From: an uncultured Gemmatimonadota bacterium
GTDB lineage: Bacteria; GCA-2686955
DNA: 48,761 bases
Assembly (NCBI GenBank): GCA_964490075.1
Contig: CAZBBK010000010.1
Coordinates: 62,001 to 110,761 of the forward strand
Direction: 5' to 3'
Shown: positions 48,669 to 48,761 of the stretch, one piece after another
Numbering within the stretch: the first letter of the stretch is position 1
Layout: each line of letters opens with the position of its first letter
Program-made: the position numbers and the translations under genes
The notes under the pieces: generated by a model
What the model saw: the letters and a program-made list of their open reading frames with translations, nothing else
Databases searched by the model: none
What the model was told of the DNA's origin: nothing

Positions 48669-48761
48669 AGAGAGCAATTCACAGGGAACGGCCCCCCCCG
48701 CATAGCGAGTTCCCGTCCACGAAGTCAGCCGCGGCCGCGTGAGATGTAGCCCCGGGGCCCG

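Noticed and set aside
48684-48761. SRP RNA, RNase P or a known riboswitch at the window end
   Set aside because: Diagnostic motifs such as the SRP CCGGAAGG loop are absent and the sequence is truncated.

Overview
This is a high-GC (roughly 70%, estimated by eye), densely coding bacterial window; the regulator content (sigma-54 activators, a Hanks kinase, MoxR/DUF58/BatA) suggests a Myxococcota/Acidobacteriota-like lineage, which is inference only. About 39 CDS are supported, in this order: a TonB energising operon (TtpC-like ExbB, exbB, exbD, tonB, TPR); a STAS / CheA-like kinase lacking CheW / CheY cluster; a membrane sulfatase-like enzyme; rho with an RG-rich N-terminal tail; an orphan CxxCH sensor kinase; a three-gene minus-strand module (secreted LamG-like protein, membrane Ser/Thr kinase with FG-GAP/TPR ectodomain, GAF sigma-54 activator) behind a near-consensus sigma-54 promoter; mazG; a long coupled operon (possible outer-membrane protein, beta-propeller phosphoesterase, lipoprotein, MoxR, DUF58, BatA/vWA, NtrC-type regulator plus His-rich kinase); then sulfotransferase, MscS, GT2, LpoB-like lipoprotein, HD-GYP, alpha/beta hydrolase, VOC, GNAT, 4Fe-4S protein, OmpR pair, B12 radical SAM, M14 peptidase, methyltransferase and a wHTH-ATPase-TPR regulator. 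I saw no rRNA, tRNA, CRISPR array or transposase. The two best candidates for an undescribed system are the self-contained receptor-kinase/sigma-54 module (13791-20744) and the CheW-less CheA with a low-GC Cys-rich insert (4127-6946). Family calls come from recognised motifs; no database searches were run.
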